From: Candidatus Nomurabacteria bacterium
GTDB lineage: Bacteria > Patescibacteriota > Patescibacteriia > HK-STAS-PATE-3
Direction of reading: 5' to 3'
NCBI GenBank assembly: GCA_023898465.1
Contig: CP060223.1
Location: 160,001-224,000 of the forward strand
DNA length: 64,000 nucleotides
Below, in pieces: positions 28,667 through 37,955 of the stretch. The stretch's first letter is position 1; each line of letters opens with the position of its first letter. Made by a program: the position numbers and the translations under genes. Below the pieces are notes generated by a model. That model was given only the letters and a program-made list of their open reading frames with translations. It did no database searches and had not been told where the DNA came from.

Positions 28667-29647
28667 CTACCCTCGATAGACGAGGTAGCTGATATAGAGG
28701 ACGTAGAGCAATAGGAAAGTGGTACCCTCCCAGCGCGTGAGCTGGTTTTTCTTCCCCACAAACATAGCCAAGAAAAGCAGAATAGTTACGCCAGCAGCAA
28801 AGATAGCATCAAAGGTAATTGTGCCACTAAAGGGAATTTGTAAGATAACTGCCGTTAGGCCCAGTACCCAGAAGACATTGAAAATGTTTGATCCGACAAT
28901 GTTGCCGATAGCAATATCATTATGTCCACGTGCAGCTGCCACAACTGAGGTAGCAAGCTCGGGAAGGGAAGTGCCAACGGCCACAACGGTGAGTCCAATA
29001 ATCGCTTCTGATAGACCGGCCAATCTCGCTAGAGTGACTGCATTATCAACAAGTAGCTGCCCACCAAAGTAGAGGCCAATAAGACCGCCTAGAATGAGTA
29101 AGGCCGAGGTTCCTGAGGGGTAGGTTTTTACATCCTCGCCTTGATCACCCTCGACACGGCTGACGGAAAAAGCATAAAACATAAAAATGAAGAATACCGC
29201 CATGAGGGTGAAACCGTCAGTTCGAGTGATTGCGTTTATCGCGCTTCCATCAAAGAAAATATCGTTTCCCATGATAACAATAAGCACTGCGGCAAGAATG
29301 GCAAAAGGGATTTCTCGCCAGACAGTTTGCCGCTTTACTTCCATTGGCCGAATAAAGGAACTGATGCCAAGAATAAGAAGAATATTGGCAATATTACTCC
29401 CGAGAATATTTCCTACCGCAATGTCAGCTGTTCCTTTAGCCGCAGAAACAATGTTTACAATAAGCTCTGGCGAGGAGGTGCCAAAAGCCACAATGGTAAG
29501 TCCAATAACTAGTGTGGAAACGCCCCAACGCTTCGCAAGTGAGGCAGCGCCTCGTACAAGTGATTCAGCGCCTACGATGAGTAGCGCGAGGCCCAACAGT
29601 AAGAGAAAAATGGCAGTAATCATGTCGTCAATAAAAGGGAAAAACAA
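28667..29647 (-). CDS. Na+/Ca2+ exchanger-family (CaCA, YrbG-like) membrane transporter.
   Basis: Two alpha-repeat signatures are present (GTSSPEL...GNILGSNIANIL and GTSLPELATSV...GNIVGSNIFNV). It is polytopic and 326 aa long. Confidence 0.85.
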   Translation of the reverse strand: MFFPFIDDMITAIFLLLLGLALLIVGAESLVRGAASLAKRWGVSTLVIGLTIVAFGTSSPELIVNIVSAAKGTADIAVGNILGSNIANILLILGISSFIRPMEVKRQTVWREIPFAILAAVLIVIMGNDIFFDGSAINAITRTDGFTLMAVFFIFMFYAFSVSRVEGDQGEDVKTYPSGTSALLILGGLIGLYFGGQLLVDNAVTLARLAGLSEAIIGLTVVAVGTSLPELATSVVAAARGHNDIAIGNIVGSNIFNVFWVLGLTAVILQIPFSGTITFDAIFAAGVTILLFLAMFVGKKNQLTRWEGTTFLLLYVLYISYLVYRG

Positions 29648-29680
29648 TAAAAGTATAGCAAAAAAGAATAAAAAAAGACA

Positions 29681-29953
29681 TTAGCGAAAAGGATATCGGA
29701 CAGTGCTATAAGTGGCTTGTAACTGTGTTCGGAGATCTTGACGACCTTTTCCTCCTTTCAAATAACGATCTCTTCGTAGTGCATCAATACTTGAAATATA
29801 GATTTCTACGTAAATTAGTTTTAATGGTCTACGATACTTTGTTGATAGTACAAATCCGTTTTGATGTTTTTTAATACGATTATTAAGGTTATTCGTTGAG
29901 CCAATATAGAGCTTCTTGTCATATAAGCTTAAAAGAATATAAACGTAATACAT
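29681..29953 (-). CDS. GIY-YIG nuclease-domain protein (small stand-alone YhbQ-like).
   Basis: The motif is YYVYILLSLYDKKLYIGSTNNLNNRIKKH. The protein is 90 aa. Confidence 0.8.
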   Translation of the reverse strand: MYYVYILLSLYDKKLYIGSTNNLNNRIKKHQNGFVLSTKYRRPLKLIYVEIYISSIDALRRDRYLKGGKGRQDLRTQLQATYSTVRYPFR

Positions 29954-30042
29954 AACAGAAGTGACGACATTTCGCCACGAATGTATGTATATAATGATAG
30001 TGATTGGTGTCGCGCTAAGCGCGACTTCGCACCACGCTTAGC

Positions 30043-30119
30043 GTGGTGCGCCCGGCAGGGATCGAACCTACGACCTCAGGCTCCGCAAGCCTGCGCTCTA
30101 TCCAACTGAGCTACGGGCG
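30043..30119 (-). tRNA. tRNA-Arg (anticodon GCG) with encoded CCA.
   Basis: The reverse complement folds as a cloverleaf: acceptor GCGCCCG/CGGGCGC, D-arm GCTCAGTTGGATAGAGC, anticodon stem CAGGC/GCCTG with loop TTGCGGA, and T-arm GTAGGTTCGATCCCTGC. ACCA is at the 3' end. Confidence 0.75.
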
Positions 30120-30214
30120 CATATATAATGCGTTAGATTTTAATATTGTCATCGAGATGGCCGAGGGGCCAACTGCCCGCTCGCCATCGCTTGCGCTTAG
30201 GCGCATGCGGGCGA

Positions 30215-30227
30215 GAGCTACGGGCGC
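30215..30227. repeat. 13-nt exact copy of the tRNA-Arg 5' end (gagctacgggcgc), located 108 nt from the original at 30107-30119.
   Basis: Direct sequence match. A GC-rich inverted repeat (gcccgc...gcgggc) lies between the two copies. Confidence 0.8.
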
Positions 30228-30297
30228 GTATTCACGCGTAGAGATGACTATATTGAGTCGTTGCGGTAACGACCCTCGGGACTTTAGCGTATCTGCA

Positions 30298-30783
30298 CTA
30301 GAGTTTCAAGAGGCGACTAAGTGCCTCCGAAGTAGTCTCATCTTCTCGTTCTAAATCTTCCTCTAAATGCTCGAGAAGTACCTTACGGACCTCAATAGGA
30401 TTTTCGTCCTCCAAAGGGATAACGAGCATAGGTCGGAAGGTGCTTTTAAAAGGCACGTAGAGCTTTTTTACCTCTGGTGGACGATAAGCAATCCAGAAGT
30501 TTTTTAACGCTTCATATTCAAAAAAGTCGTTTCCAATATGCAGACCATCCTCGGTAATATCGATGGTGACATCTTGTGGCCTACGTCGATTTTGCAGTAC
30601 AAGTATGACCGCAATGATAATGAGGATGATGGCGAAGAGGAAATTAAATGTCAGCATGGCAAACAAGAATGACAGCGCGCCAATCACGCCAACAATCATA
30701 TACCATCGTCGGCTACGGTTATGTTGGACGTAGTCAGGGAAGTGCCAAGTGGCTAGGACTTCACCGTATTCACTGTCGGCCAT
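30298..30783 (-). CDS. Hypothetical two-TM membrane protein.
   Basis: The tracked ORF (to 30882) would overlap tRNA-Ser. The internal start MADSEYGEV at 30783 avoids that overlap. Two hydrophobic helices are present, and the C-terminus is acidic. Confidence 0.55.
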   Translation of the reverse strand: MADSEYGEVLATWHFPDYVQHNRSRRWYMIVGVIGALSFLFAMLTFNFLFAIILIIIAVILVLQNRRRPQDVTIDITEDGLHIGNDFFEYEALKNFWIAYRPPEVKKLYVPFKSTFRPMLVIPLEDENPIEVRKVLLEHLEEDLEREDETTSEALSRLLKL

Positions 30784-30838
30784 AGGTGTGTTGATTAATA
30801 TTGATGCGTAATGCTGTGCGATTCGTCCTGCGCTAGGG

Positions 30839-30925
30839 CGGAAGGGGTGGGATTCGAACCCACGGAACCCTTTCAGGCCCAACGGTTTTCAAGACCGTCC
30901 CTTTCGACCACTCAGGCACCCTTCC
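30839..30925 (-). tRNA. tRNA-Ser (anticodon UGA), type II with a long variable arm.
   Basis: Reverse complement: acceptor GGAAGGG/CCCTTCC, anticodon stem ACGGT/ACCGT with loop CTTGAAA, long variable arm TGGGCCTGAAAGGGTTCCG, and T-arm GTGGGTTCGAATCCCAC. CCA is not encoded. Confidence 0.8.
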
Positions 30926-31090
30926 ACCTCAGTGCAGGATCTCAATCGCGACCATTCCACAGGTTCAATTCCGTGCGTCAGGTCTTAAAAAATGCACGGC
31001 ATGAGCACTGGAATTGTACGTAAAACACCAGTTTTTTTCAAGGGGCGAGAGTGATATACTTACTATATTCACGCATTAATATCAAGAGCT

Positions 31091-31624
31091 ATGGAATCAC
31101 ACCTTGGGACGAATATGATTACGTGGTGGGTAATTTTTCCCATCCTCATTTTAGCGGCGGTCGGTATTATTTGGATGATTGCAAAAATGAAGCTCAGTCC
31201 GATGAAGCGAGCAGGGATGATTGTTGGCGGTATTTTTACCTTTATTGGTTTTTCCGTTGTGGTGCTGGGTGTGTATTATCAATTGAGTATGCATTTCTCA
31301 GGAACTTTTCAGATTTATGCGTATTCAAACTTCGCTCCAAATAATGATCCTTTTAACGAGGTGGTTGGCAGCGACGGTCGTCTACTTACCATGCAAGGCG
31401 TTAAGCAGGAAGATGGAAAAGTATTTTTTGTAAAACATCCCGATCCTGATTATCCGACGGGACTATTTGTATTCACGCCAGGTAAAATGATAGTTGCTGA
31501 GGAAAAAGATAATCAAATTACCATCCCTGAAGACGTTCCAGGATCATTATCAAATGTCACTAAAACTTCACTTTGGTGGGCGCTGACCAAGGATATTTAT
31601 CTACTTGAGTCTAAGGCAAGCTAG
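31091..31624 (+). CDS. Hypothetical membrane protein.
   Basis: A 177-aa ORF with two N-terminal TM helices and a soluble C-terminal domain. It is the only + strand gene in the - strand block. Confidence 0.55.
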   Translation: MESHLGTNMITWWVIFPILILAAVGIIWMIAKMKLSPMKRAGMIVGGIFTFIGFSVVVLGVYYQLSMHFSGTFQIYAYSNFAPNNDPFNEVVGSDGRLLTMQGVKQEDGKVFFVKHPDPDYPTGLFVFTPGKMIVAEEKDNQITIPEDVPGSLSNVTKTSLWWALTKDIYLLESKAS

Positions 31625-31641
31625 AGCCTATGCAATTAGTA

Positions 31642-32256
31642 TCAACTCTTTGACGGCCTTGGAGCAAAATATCGCCAGCCGAAAAAGATTAGGACTATAG
31701 CCACTAATATCAAACTCAAATACAGCAGTAAGTTTTTTGTGCTTGATTCGGCCTCTTCTGTATCATAGTGAAATGCTTCACGTACAGTAATTTCAATTGC
31801 GTCGTTAGGAACGCGAAAAGTTTGAATTACTTCTTCCATTTTCGATATATCCGAGTTTGTCGCTACATTGATGGTAATTTTATTCTTTAACTCATTTATC
31901 CCAGAACCCGTGATTCCGTCAACAGTATAAATTATGTTATAAATTTGTTGATACCAACTATTGATTTGATTAAAGCTATATTTTACCGTATCAATTACAT
32001 ATATGGGATTTTCGTCCCTAAATAGCGGTTCTTGAGCCTCTAGTACACTGAGGACACGTTGGTGTACTTCGGGGTCTTCTGAAGCCACATTAATATGTAT
32101 AATTTGTCCGACATAATAGTAGCCAGCAAATTCAGGCGCAGTAGCTGCAATGTTTAGGAATTTATCATGAATAGAATCTTGGAAAAAGGCAGTACATGGG
32201 AACAATAAAATAATAGCTAGGCTAAATAGTCCGCTTTTAAAAATCTTTTTTTGCAT
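31642..32256 (-). CDS. Hypothetical exported or lipoprotein-like protein with a C-terminal TM anchor.
   Basis: A signal peptide followed by Cys (LFPCTAF), and a C-terminal hydrophobic helix (LLLYLSLILVAIVLIFFGW). Confidence 0.5.
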   Translation of the reverse strand: MQKKIFKSGLFSLAIILLFPCTAFFQDSIHDKFLNIAATAPEFAGYYYVGQIIHINVASEDPEVHQRVLSVLEAQEPLFRDENPIYVIDTVKYSFNQINSWYQQIYNIIYTVDGITGSGINELKNKITINVATNSDISKMEEVIQTFRVPNDAIEITVREAFHYDTEEAESSTKNLLLYLSLILVAIVLIFFGWRYFAPRPSKS

Positions 32257-32287
32257 AGTCGCAGTCCCTTTATTAAAACACCTGCGT

Positions 32288-32785
32288 TTATTCTATCCTT
32301 ATCACCTTACACGTAACCGTTTTAGCTCCTGATTGATAAGTGATACTTTCTCCTACTCGATGACTCATCAGGGCGGAGCCAATAGGTGAATTCTGTGAAA
32401 TTATTCCTTGGCTTGGATTTGCTTCGGCGGAACCGAGAATCTGATAAGTTTTTTGTTGACCCTCAATCTCAATGGTGACATGATGACCGAGCTGTATTTC
32501 AGAAGTGTTTCTTGGCGTTCTGATAATTTCTGCACGCTTTAGTTGATCCTCAAGCTCAAGTATTCTTTGATTCATTCCGCGCAAACGCCCTTTAGCCATT
32601 GCATACCCGGCATTTTCAGAAAAATCACCGCCCTCACTAAGTACCTTAACTTCCTCAGCTAAGCGTGCGCGAGTGTTTTTGATCTTTTGCAAAGTTTCTT
32701 GCAGTTCGGTGTGTTTTGCTTCTGTGAGACGAGTGTCTGGTACGGCCTGTGCGTATGTGCTTGGTTTTCGTTTTGGAATTCGCAT
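32288..32785 (-). CDS. greA: Transcription elongation factor GreA.
   Basis: An N-terminal coiled-coil, the GreA motif GDFSENAGYAMAKGRL, and a C-terminal FKBP-like domain. The protein is 165 aa. Confidence 0.85.
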   Translation of the reverse strand: MRIPKRKPSTYAQAVPDTRLTEAKHTELQETLQKIKNTRARLAEEVKVLSEGGDFSENAGYAMAKGRLRGMNQRILELEDQLKRAEIIRTPRNTSEIQLGHHVTIEIEGQQKTYQILGSAEANPSQGIISQNSPIGSALMSHRVGESITYQSGAKTVTCKVIRIE

Positions 32786-32926
32786 GGCGCTTGTTATATG
32801 TTGAGGTGTGTAGAATAACGAGACACAAGGGTTAAGTGCCGTGTATCCATCGATATAGCTGACTGTCGCGACATTATTATATTTAGAATTCGTTACTGTA
32901 ATTAACCAATTATTATTTGTGTCTGT

Positions 32927-33430
32927 CTAACGAATTTCAAAAGTGTGTAGAGAGGAGCTTAATATAGGCATATTTTGTCCTTGGTATAAAAAGCCCTGGA
33001 TTGTATATACTCCCGGCGTTGAAGGAATAGGAATATCGGGGTAGGAGTTTGGAAGAGGATTCCAAAGATATTTGTCTAATCTTGTTTCGTATATTACTTC
33101 TTCTCCAGAACTAAAAGTTTTTGAGCTGAGGGAAAGATCATGAACCGCCCGAGAATCCCACAGTTGCTTTCCATTCATATCCGATATTACAAACGCATGT
33201 GCGGGATTCCCTCCAAGCTCTATAGTAATAGCTTGATCGCTAGAATTTTTAACATGCAGTTTTAGTGTGACTTCTTCACCAACCCTAATTGAAGCGGGAA
33301 CATCTAGAGTAAGTTCGAGTAATTTAGCGGAATTCTGTGGAAGGCTGATACGGAGAACTAGATAGGTCCCTATTATTCCAATTAAGACAATCAAGAGAAT
33401 AAATATCGACTTTTGTGTTGCTAGTTTCAT
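32927..33430 (-). CDS. Hypothetical membrane-anchored exported protein.
   Basis: A 167-aa ORF with an N-terminal TM and a beta-rich C-terminal domain. Confidence 0.5.
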   Translation of the reverse strand: MKLATQKSIFILLIVLIGIIGTYLVLRISLPQNSAKLLELTLDVPASIRVGEEVTLKLHVKNSSDQAITIELGGNPAHAFVISDMNGKQLWDSRAVHDLSLSSKTFSSGEEVIYETRLDKYLWNPLPNSYPDIPIPSTPGVYTIQGFLYQGQNMPILSSSLHTFEIR

Positions 33431-33455
33431 AGTAGAAAAAATGTACTAGCTGTGC

Positions 33456-33512
33456 TGGCGGAGAGGGTGGGATTCTGCTCCCCCGAGCCATTCACGGAGC
33501 TCATGGCTCTCC
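33456..33512 (-). pseudogene. Degenerate tRNA-like remnant carrying a 20-nt exact copy of the tRNA-Ser(GCU) 3' end.
   Basis: tggcggagagggtgggattc at 33456-33475 is identical to 33595-33614, which is the tRNA 3' terminus including CCA. The adjacent sequence can pair as an acceptor-like stem (GGAGAG/CTCTCC) plus one hairpin, but it lacks the D-arm and anticodon arm. Confidence 0.45.
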
Positions 33513-33594
33513 TCCGCAGCCGGGCGGCCTCGCTGCATCCCTTACGGGCGCTCGGCTCGCCTTCGAATGCAATTATTTTGCCACGCTCAGAGCG

Positions 33595-33684
33595 TGGCGG
33601 AGAGGGTGGGATTCGAACCCACGGAGCCCTTTCGAGCTCAACACATTAGCAGTGTGCTGCTTTCGACCACTCAGCCACCTCTCC
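33595..33684 (-). tRNA. tRNA-Ser (anticodon GCU), type II with encoded CCA.
   Basis: Reverse complement: acceptor GGAGAGG/CCTCTCC, anticodon stem GCACA/TGTGT with loop CTGCTAA, long variable arm TGAGCTCGAAAGGGCTCC, T-arm GTGGGTTCGAATCCCAC, and GCCA at the 3' end. Confidence 0.8.
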
Positions 33685-33783
33685 ATGTAGTATTGCAAAA
33701 GTTTTAAAATGACCCAACTCTACACTTCTTCGTTTTATTTTTTTACTCGTCCGCCACGGCTAGACCCTAGGCGTGGCGGGCGG

Positions 33784-33795
33784 GCCACCTCTCCA
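33784..33795. repeat. 12-nt exact copy of the tRNA-Ser(GCU) 5' end (gccacctctcca), located 110 nt from the original at 33674-33685.
   Basis: Direct sequence match. A GC-rich hairpin (ccgccacg...cgtggcgg) lies between the two copies. Confidence 0.8.
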
Positions 33796-33798
33796 AAA

Positions 33799-34512
33799 TT
33801 ACTTGTCAGTGTTTTTAAGGCCTTTCGCGAATACAAGACCCCACACACGCTTGGCACCGGCCTGTTTACAGACCTGGGCCGCGGCCGCTAAGGTTGCGCC
33901 TGTAGTGAACACATCGTCGATGAGTATAACAGATTTTTCCGCGAAATCAAGGCCTGGACGGATTTGAAATGCATTGGCCAAATTTCGGATTCGATCGCTT
34001 GCCTGCAATCTGGCCTGCTGTTGCGTGGCTTTCACTCGGAGAAGCGCATCTGTGCTTATTAAGTTCGTTTCCTCAGCTACTACCCGGCTGAGATAAGCAC
34101 TTTGATTAAAGCCGCGAAAACGTAAGCGTGAAGAATGCAGAGGGATAGGGACGAGTATCGCGTTAGGTAAAGTCGGTTGATGCTCAGTCAGGCTGCGCGC
34201 CATGTGTTTACCGAGGAAGGGATATATTCCTTTCCAGAATTTGAATTTATATCCGTGAATAATTTCATGGACAAGGGGAGCTTGGTAGCTAGTGACCGCG
34301 ATCAAAGCATCGAGAGCTTTTTCTTTTTGGCACGCGTCGCAGGTAGTATTCATCTTATTCGCTTGATGACAAAAAGGACAGACGCGGGGAGCTGCTGGAA
34401 ATACATTACACTTTTCACATAACCATTCACCTTCGCGTCCGCAACCTAAACACTCGATCGGAAAAAGGAGATCGAGAAGTAGGGTAAAAAGTTTTTGGAG
34501 CTGAATTGGCAT
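33799..34512 (-). CDS. comFC: ComF-family protein (ComFC-like: double zinc ribbon plus phosphoribosyltransferase domain).
   Basis: Cys pairs CLGCG...CEKC and CPFC...CDAC, plus the PRTase motif VILIDDVFTTGATL. Confidence 0.8.
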   Translation of the reverse strand: MPIQLQKLFTLLLDLLFPIECLGCGREGEWLCEKCNVFPAAPRVCPFCHQANKMNTTCDACQKEKALDALIAVTSYQAPLVHEIIHGYKFKFWKGIYPFLGKHMARSLTEHQPTLPNAILVPIPLHSSRLRFRGFNQSAYLSRVVAEETNLISTDALLRVKATQQQARLQASDRIRNLANAFQIRPGLDFAEKSVILIDDVFTTGATLAAAAQVCKQAGAKRVWGLVFAKGLKNTDK

Positions 34513-34566
34513 AGTAGCGTATCATTATCCCGTGAGGGATGATCGCCACCATGTCTAGAATACGGG

Positions 34567-37086
34567 TCAGGTCGTAAAGGTGAGTTGGCCGTTACGAGCA
34601 CCTACTGTTACTTTAGCGCCAGCCTGAATTGATCCATCGAGCAATTTAGCCGCTAATGCATTTTCAATATGCTCTTGAATGACGCGACGAACTGCCCGTG
34701 CGCCAAATTCTGGCTTAAATCCTGTTTGCGCAATAAATTCTTCAGCGCCACGAGTGAGCTTGATGCTGATATGTTGTTCCTCAAGTCGTTGACGTAACTC
34801 CTTCATCTGCAAGCGAACGATCTCGATAACCTGCTCAGGATTTAATGGACGGAACACGATAATCTCATCAAGTCGATTCAGGAACTCCGGTCGAAATTCT
34901 CGCTCCACTTCATGCAGCACCTGTTCTTTAATGCGTTGATACTCAGTCTCAAAGTCTGAGCTCTTTTCCTCTTTTGCTGAGGTTGCGAAACCTAGACTGG
35001 CTGCTCGCTGCAATTCGGCAATGCCAATATTCGAGGTCATGATGATAATGGTATTTTTGAAGTTCACCCGGCGACCGCTGGCATCGGTTAGGTGGCCATC
35101 ATCCAATACTTGCAAGAAGACATTAAAAATATCCGGATGCGCTTTTTCAATTTCATCGAGTAATAAGACCGAATACGGTTTACGTCTGATTTGATCTGTT
35201 AGGGTGTTTTGATCTTTGTAGCCCACATAACCGGCCGGTGCGCCAAGCAACTTTGAAGTATTAAAACTTTCGCCGTATTCCGACATATCAATGCGAATAA
35301 GCGCCTTTGGATCTTTAAAAACTATTTCAGCAATCTTTTTCGCAGTTTCCGTTTTACCAATACCGGAGGGACCCAGGAAAAGGAAAGAGGCAATCGGCCT
35401 GCTTGGATGACTTAAGCCAACTCGTGAGCGACGGATAAAACTGGAGACTGACTTGATCGCCTCGTCCTGGCCGACGATGTGTTCTTTCAGTAGCGCTTCC
35501 AGGTTTAAGAGGCGTTCTTTTTCCTCTTTCACCAAATCCTCCAGCGGGATGCCGGTAGCGCGTGAAATAACTTCAGCGATTTTTTGCGTATCAACCGTGC
35601 CTTCGTAGCGTGATTCCTCGAGGCGAATTTTTTCCTGCAGTTTTTCTAAACGCTTGCGCAGTTGTAATTCTTCATTGCGTGCCTTGACTGCTTCGGCAAA
35701 GTTTTCTGATTGTACAGAAGCATTTTTTACCTGCTCTAATTCCTGCAGCCGATTTTCAATTTCCTCGTACTGCTGCATCAACGGACTTTTCTTACGCAGC
35801 ACTTTTTGCTTCGAAGCCGCTTCATCAATCAAATCAATTGCCTTGTCCGGCAGGAATTTATCTTGGATATAGCGCACACTCATTTGTACGGCAGCTTGTA
35901 CCGCATCGTCAGTGATGTGCACCCGATGATACTGTTCATAATAACGCTTGATGCCCTGCAGTATTTTAATTGTTTCCTCAGGGGTAGGTTCATCTACAAT
36001 AATAGGCTGGAAACGTCGCTCTAGGGCCGCGTCAGCTTCAATATGCTTACGATATTCATCGAGTGTGGTGGCGCCAATGCAGCGGACATTCCCTTTTGCC
36101 AGGGCGGGCTTCAAAATATTTGCCGCATCCATAGAGCCAGAAGCTGAGCCGGTGCCGACGATGGTGTGCAGCTCATCAATAAAGAGGATGATATTAGGAT
36201 CAGCTTTAATCTCTTCAATAACCTGACGGAGACGACTTTCAAATTCGCCGCGATACATTGTCCCGGCTACTAGGAGACTCATATCTAAGCTCAAGAGTCG
36301 CTTGTTGCGCAGCGCGTCGGGCACTTGTTTTTCCATAATTTTCTTGGCCAGACCCTCCACAATTGCTGTTTTTCCGACTCCCGGGTCTCCAATCAACACA
36401 GGATTATTTTTTGTGCGTCGAGAAAGGATATTCATTAAACGATCAATTTCACCCTCTCGGCCGATTACTGGGTCAATACCTTTTTGTAGCGAGGAATTGG
36501 TTAATTCGGTGGTGAAAAATTCGAGCGCCGATCCTTTTTGTTGATTTGGGTCACCCATAATACCCGCCTCGAGTGCCTCCTCTTTACCTACCTCAAAGAA
36601 ACCAGTCAGGTCAGGGAATTTGGTGGTGCTACGGAGGACGACATACACTTGGCGCTGAATCTCTTTCAATTTTATCGCGTGCTCATTGAAGTAGCGTTCT
36701 AAGGTGGGATCATTGAGTTGCAATAAACCTAGGAGCAGATGTTCAGTGCCAATATACTTATGTCCGTGCTCTTTTGCGATCAAGGCAGCTTTTTCGGTTG
36801 CTCTCTTAGCTGGCAAAGAAAATTTTACCTGCTCTTTGGTAAAATGAAGATCAGGGGAAAGAGGTTCATTCCGCTCAATAATAAAACTCTTGAGTATTTC
36901 AGCTTCCACACCCGCCTTGTTTAATATTTCTGCAGCAATACCTCCGCGGCTTTCGAGTAAGCCATAGAGCAAATGTTCAGGGTTTAAAAAGACGTGGCGT
37001 AGATCAGCTGATAAACGCGAAGCCTGCTCAAAGGTGGCCTTGAGATGGGTAGTAAATTTTTGTGCTAGAGGTGGTTTCTTCTCCAT
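34567..37086 (-). CDS. clpC: Clp ATPase, ClpC-type (Clp_N repeats, two AAA+ modules, middle coiled-coil).
   Basis: For module 1, Walker A is GDPGVGKTA and Walker B is ILFIDELHT. For module 2, Walker A is [11 protein letters not shown] and Walker B is [12 protein letters not shown]. The N-terminus has a doubled Clp_N region. The protein is 839 aa. Confidence 0.85.
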   Translation of the reverse strand: MEKKPPLAQKFTTHLKATFEQASRLSADLRHVFLNPEHLLYGLLESRGGIAAEILNKAGVEAEILKSFIIERNEPLSPDLHFTKEQVKFSLPAKRATEKAALIAKEHGHKYIGTEHLLLGLLQLNDPTLERYFNEHAIKLKEIQRQVYVVLRSTTKFPDLTGFFEVGKEEALEAGIMGDPNQQKGSALEFFTTELTNSSLQKGIDPVIGREGEIDRLMNILSRRTKNNPVLIGDPGVGKTAIVEGLAKKIMEKQVPDALRNKRLLSLDMSLLVAGTMYRGEFESRLRQVIEEIKADPNIILFIDELHTIVGTGSASGSMDAANILKPALAKGNVRCIGATTLDEYRKHIEADAALERRFQPIIVDEPTPEETIKILQGIKRYYEQYHRVHITDDAVQAAVQMSVRYIQDKFLPDKAIDLIDEAASKQKVLRKKSPLMQQYEEIENRLQELEQVKNASVQSENFAEAVKARNEELQLRKRLEKLQEKIRLEESRYEGTVDTQKIAEVISRATGIPLEDLVKEEKERLLNLEALLKEHIVGQDEAIKSVSSFIRRSRVGLSHPSRPIASFLFLGPSGIGKTETAKKIAEIVFKDPKALIRIDMSEYGESFNTSKLLGAPAGYVGYKDQNTLTDQIRRKPYSVLLLDEIEKAHPDIFNVFLQVLDDGHLTDASGRRVNFKNTIIIMTSNIGIAELQRAASLGFATSAKEEKSSDFETEYQRIKEQVLHEVEREFRPEFLNRLDEIIVFRPLNPEQVIEIVRLQMKELRQRLEEQHISIKLTRGAEEFIAQTGFKPEFGARAVRRVIQEHIENALAAKLLDGSIQAGAKVTVGARNGQLTFTT

Positions 37087-37099
37087 GAGAAGTAGATTG

Positions 37100-37143
37100 A
37101 AGATACAAAAATGTTCGCTTTATGTCAATCTCTGAAGTCAGAG
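37100..37143 (-). promoter_or_regulatory. Putative clpC promoter with an adjacent palindromic operator.
   Basis: On the - strand, TTGACA (37123-37128) is followed by a 17-nt spacer and TATCTT (37100-37105). The perfect 6-bp inverted repeat CTCTGA-ct-TCAGAG (37130-37143) abuts the -35. The leader before the ATG at 37086 is very short. Confidence 0.4.
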
Positions 37144-37172
37144 CTTAGCACGTTGAGCGAGAGATACAAGGC

Positions 37173-37955
37173 CTATGCTAGTGACTTTTTACTGCGCGTT
37201 TCTGCGTAAAGAGTGCCAAGCAGAGAAGTGATAGCCGGCAAGGTGATTAAGATGAGTATACCTCGCAGCCAGACGTTTAATCCGTCGAGTTCAGTAGAGA
37301 TAACGAAGCAAAGTACAATCAGTACGGCAAAGAGCGCAAAAAGTCGCAAACGTGATTGCCGGGCGTAGTCTCGACTAATGCTTAGGGCCTGCGTCCCTTT
37401 TTTCTCCTCCCAGATAACAATGAATGGAGTGTAGGCAAACCATAGAGTAAAGAGAGCCAGGAAGAAGAAGGTAAGCAGGAGGATAGGCAGGACTCCGCCG
37501 AAGTACCAGCGACTAATAGCATAGGCTAGCGCAATGCCACTCACCAGTATTGCGCAAAGCGTAATCAAGGCGGGTAGTGAGATAAGGAGTACGCCAGTGT
37601 AGCGCTTCCAAAGTGAGATAATTTTCTCTTCACCGCCGAGTATGGCACGATGCAGGATAGAGGTCATCCAGGTAACAAAAAAACCATTCAGCGCAAAGTA
37701 GAGCAGGGCAAATCCGATAATGGTAAATGGATCTCCTAAAATATTTACGCTGGCTCGTATGATTCCTGACAGGCTAGAAATAGAAAAGAGTGATCCAAAA
37801 TCAGGCTTCAGATAGCTTAGCGCAAAGTAAAGCACGGTATTACACGCTACTAACAACAAGGTCACAGCGAAGAGGCCAAACCAAGCATGTTGGAGGTCAC
37901 GAATCCACCAGCGGCGAAAACTACGAATGTTATTGGGTGTTGTTTTCTCTGGCAT
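37173..37955 (-). CDS. Hypothetical polytopic membrane protein.
   Basis: A 260-aa ORF with at least five hydrophobic helices. Confidence 0.55.
   Translation of the reverse strand: MPEKTTPNNIRSFRRWWIRDLQHAWFGLFAVTLLLVACNTVLYFALSYLKPDFGSLFSISSLSGIIRASVNILGDPFTIIGFALLYFALNGFFVTWMTSILHRAILGGEEKIISLWKRYTGVLLISLPALITLCAILVSGIALAYAISRWYFGGVLPILLLTFFFLALFTLWFAYTPFIVIWEEKKGTQALSISRDYARQSRLRLFALFAVLIVLCFVISTELDGLNVWLRGILILITLPAITSLLGTLYAETRSKKSLA

Noticed and set aside
30043-30354. ORF 30043..30354 (+) and ORF 30811..31023 (+), and ORFs 33452..33649, 33709..33891 and 33773..33967.
   Set aside because: They overlap the tRNA-Arg, tRNA-Ser(UGA) and tRNA-Ser(GCU) genes and their GC-rich flanks. The tRNA cloverleaves are far better supported.
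30298-30882. The full tracked extent of the - strand ORF, starting at 30882.
   Set aside because: The first 33 codons would overlap tRNA-Ser(UGA). An internal Met (MADSEYGEV, 30783) gives a non-overlapping gene, and I used it instead.
37087-37172. A CtsR operator upstream of clpC.
   Set aside because: The direct repeat GTCAA-N8-GTCAG has the wrong spacing and sequence for the GGTCAAA-N3-GGTCAAA consensus. Only the generic palindrome is reported.
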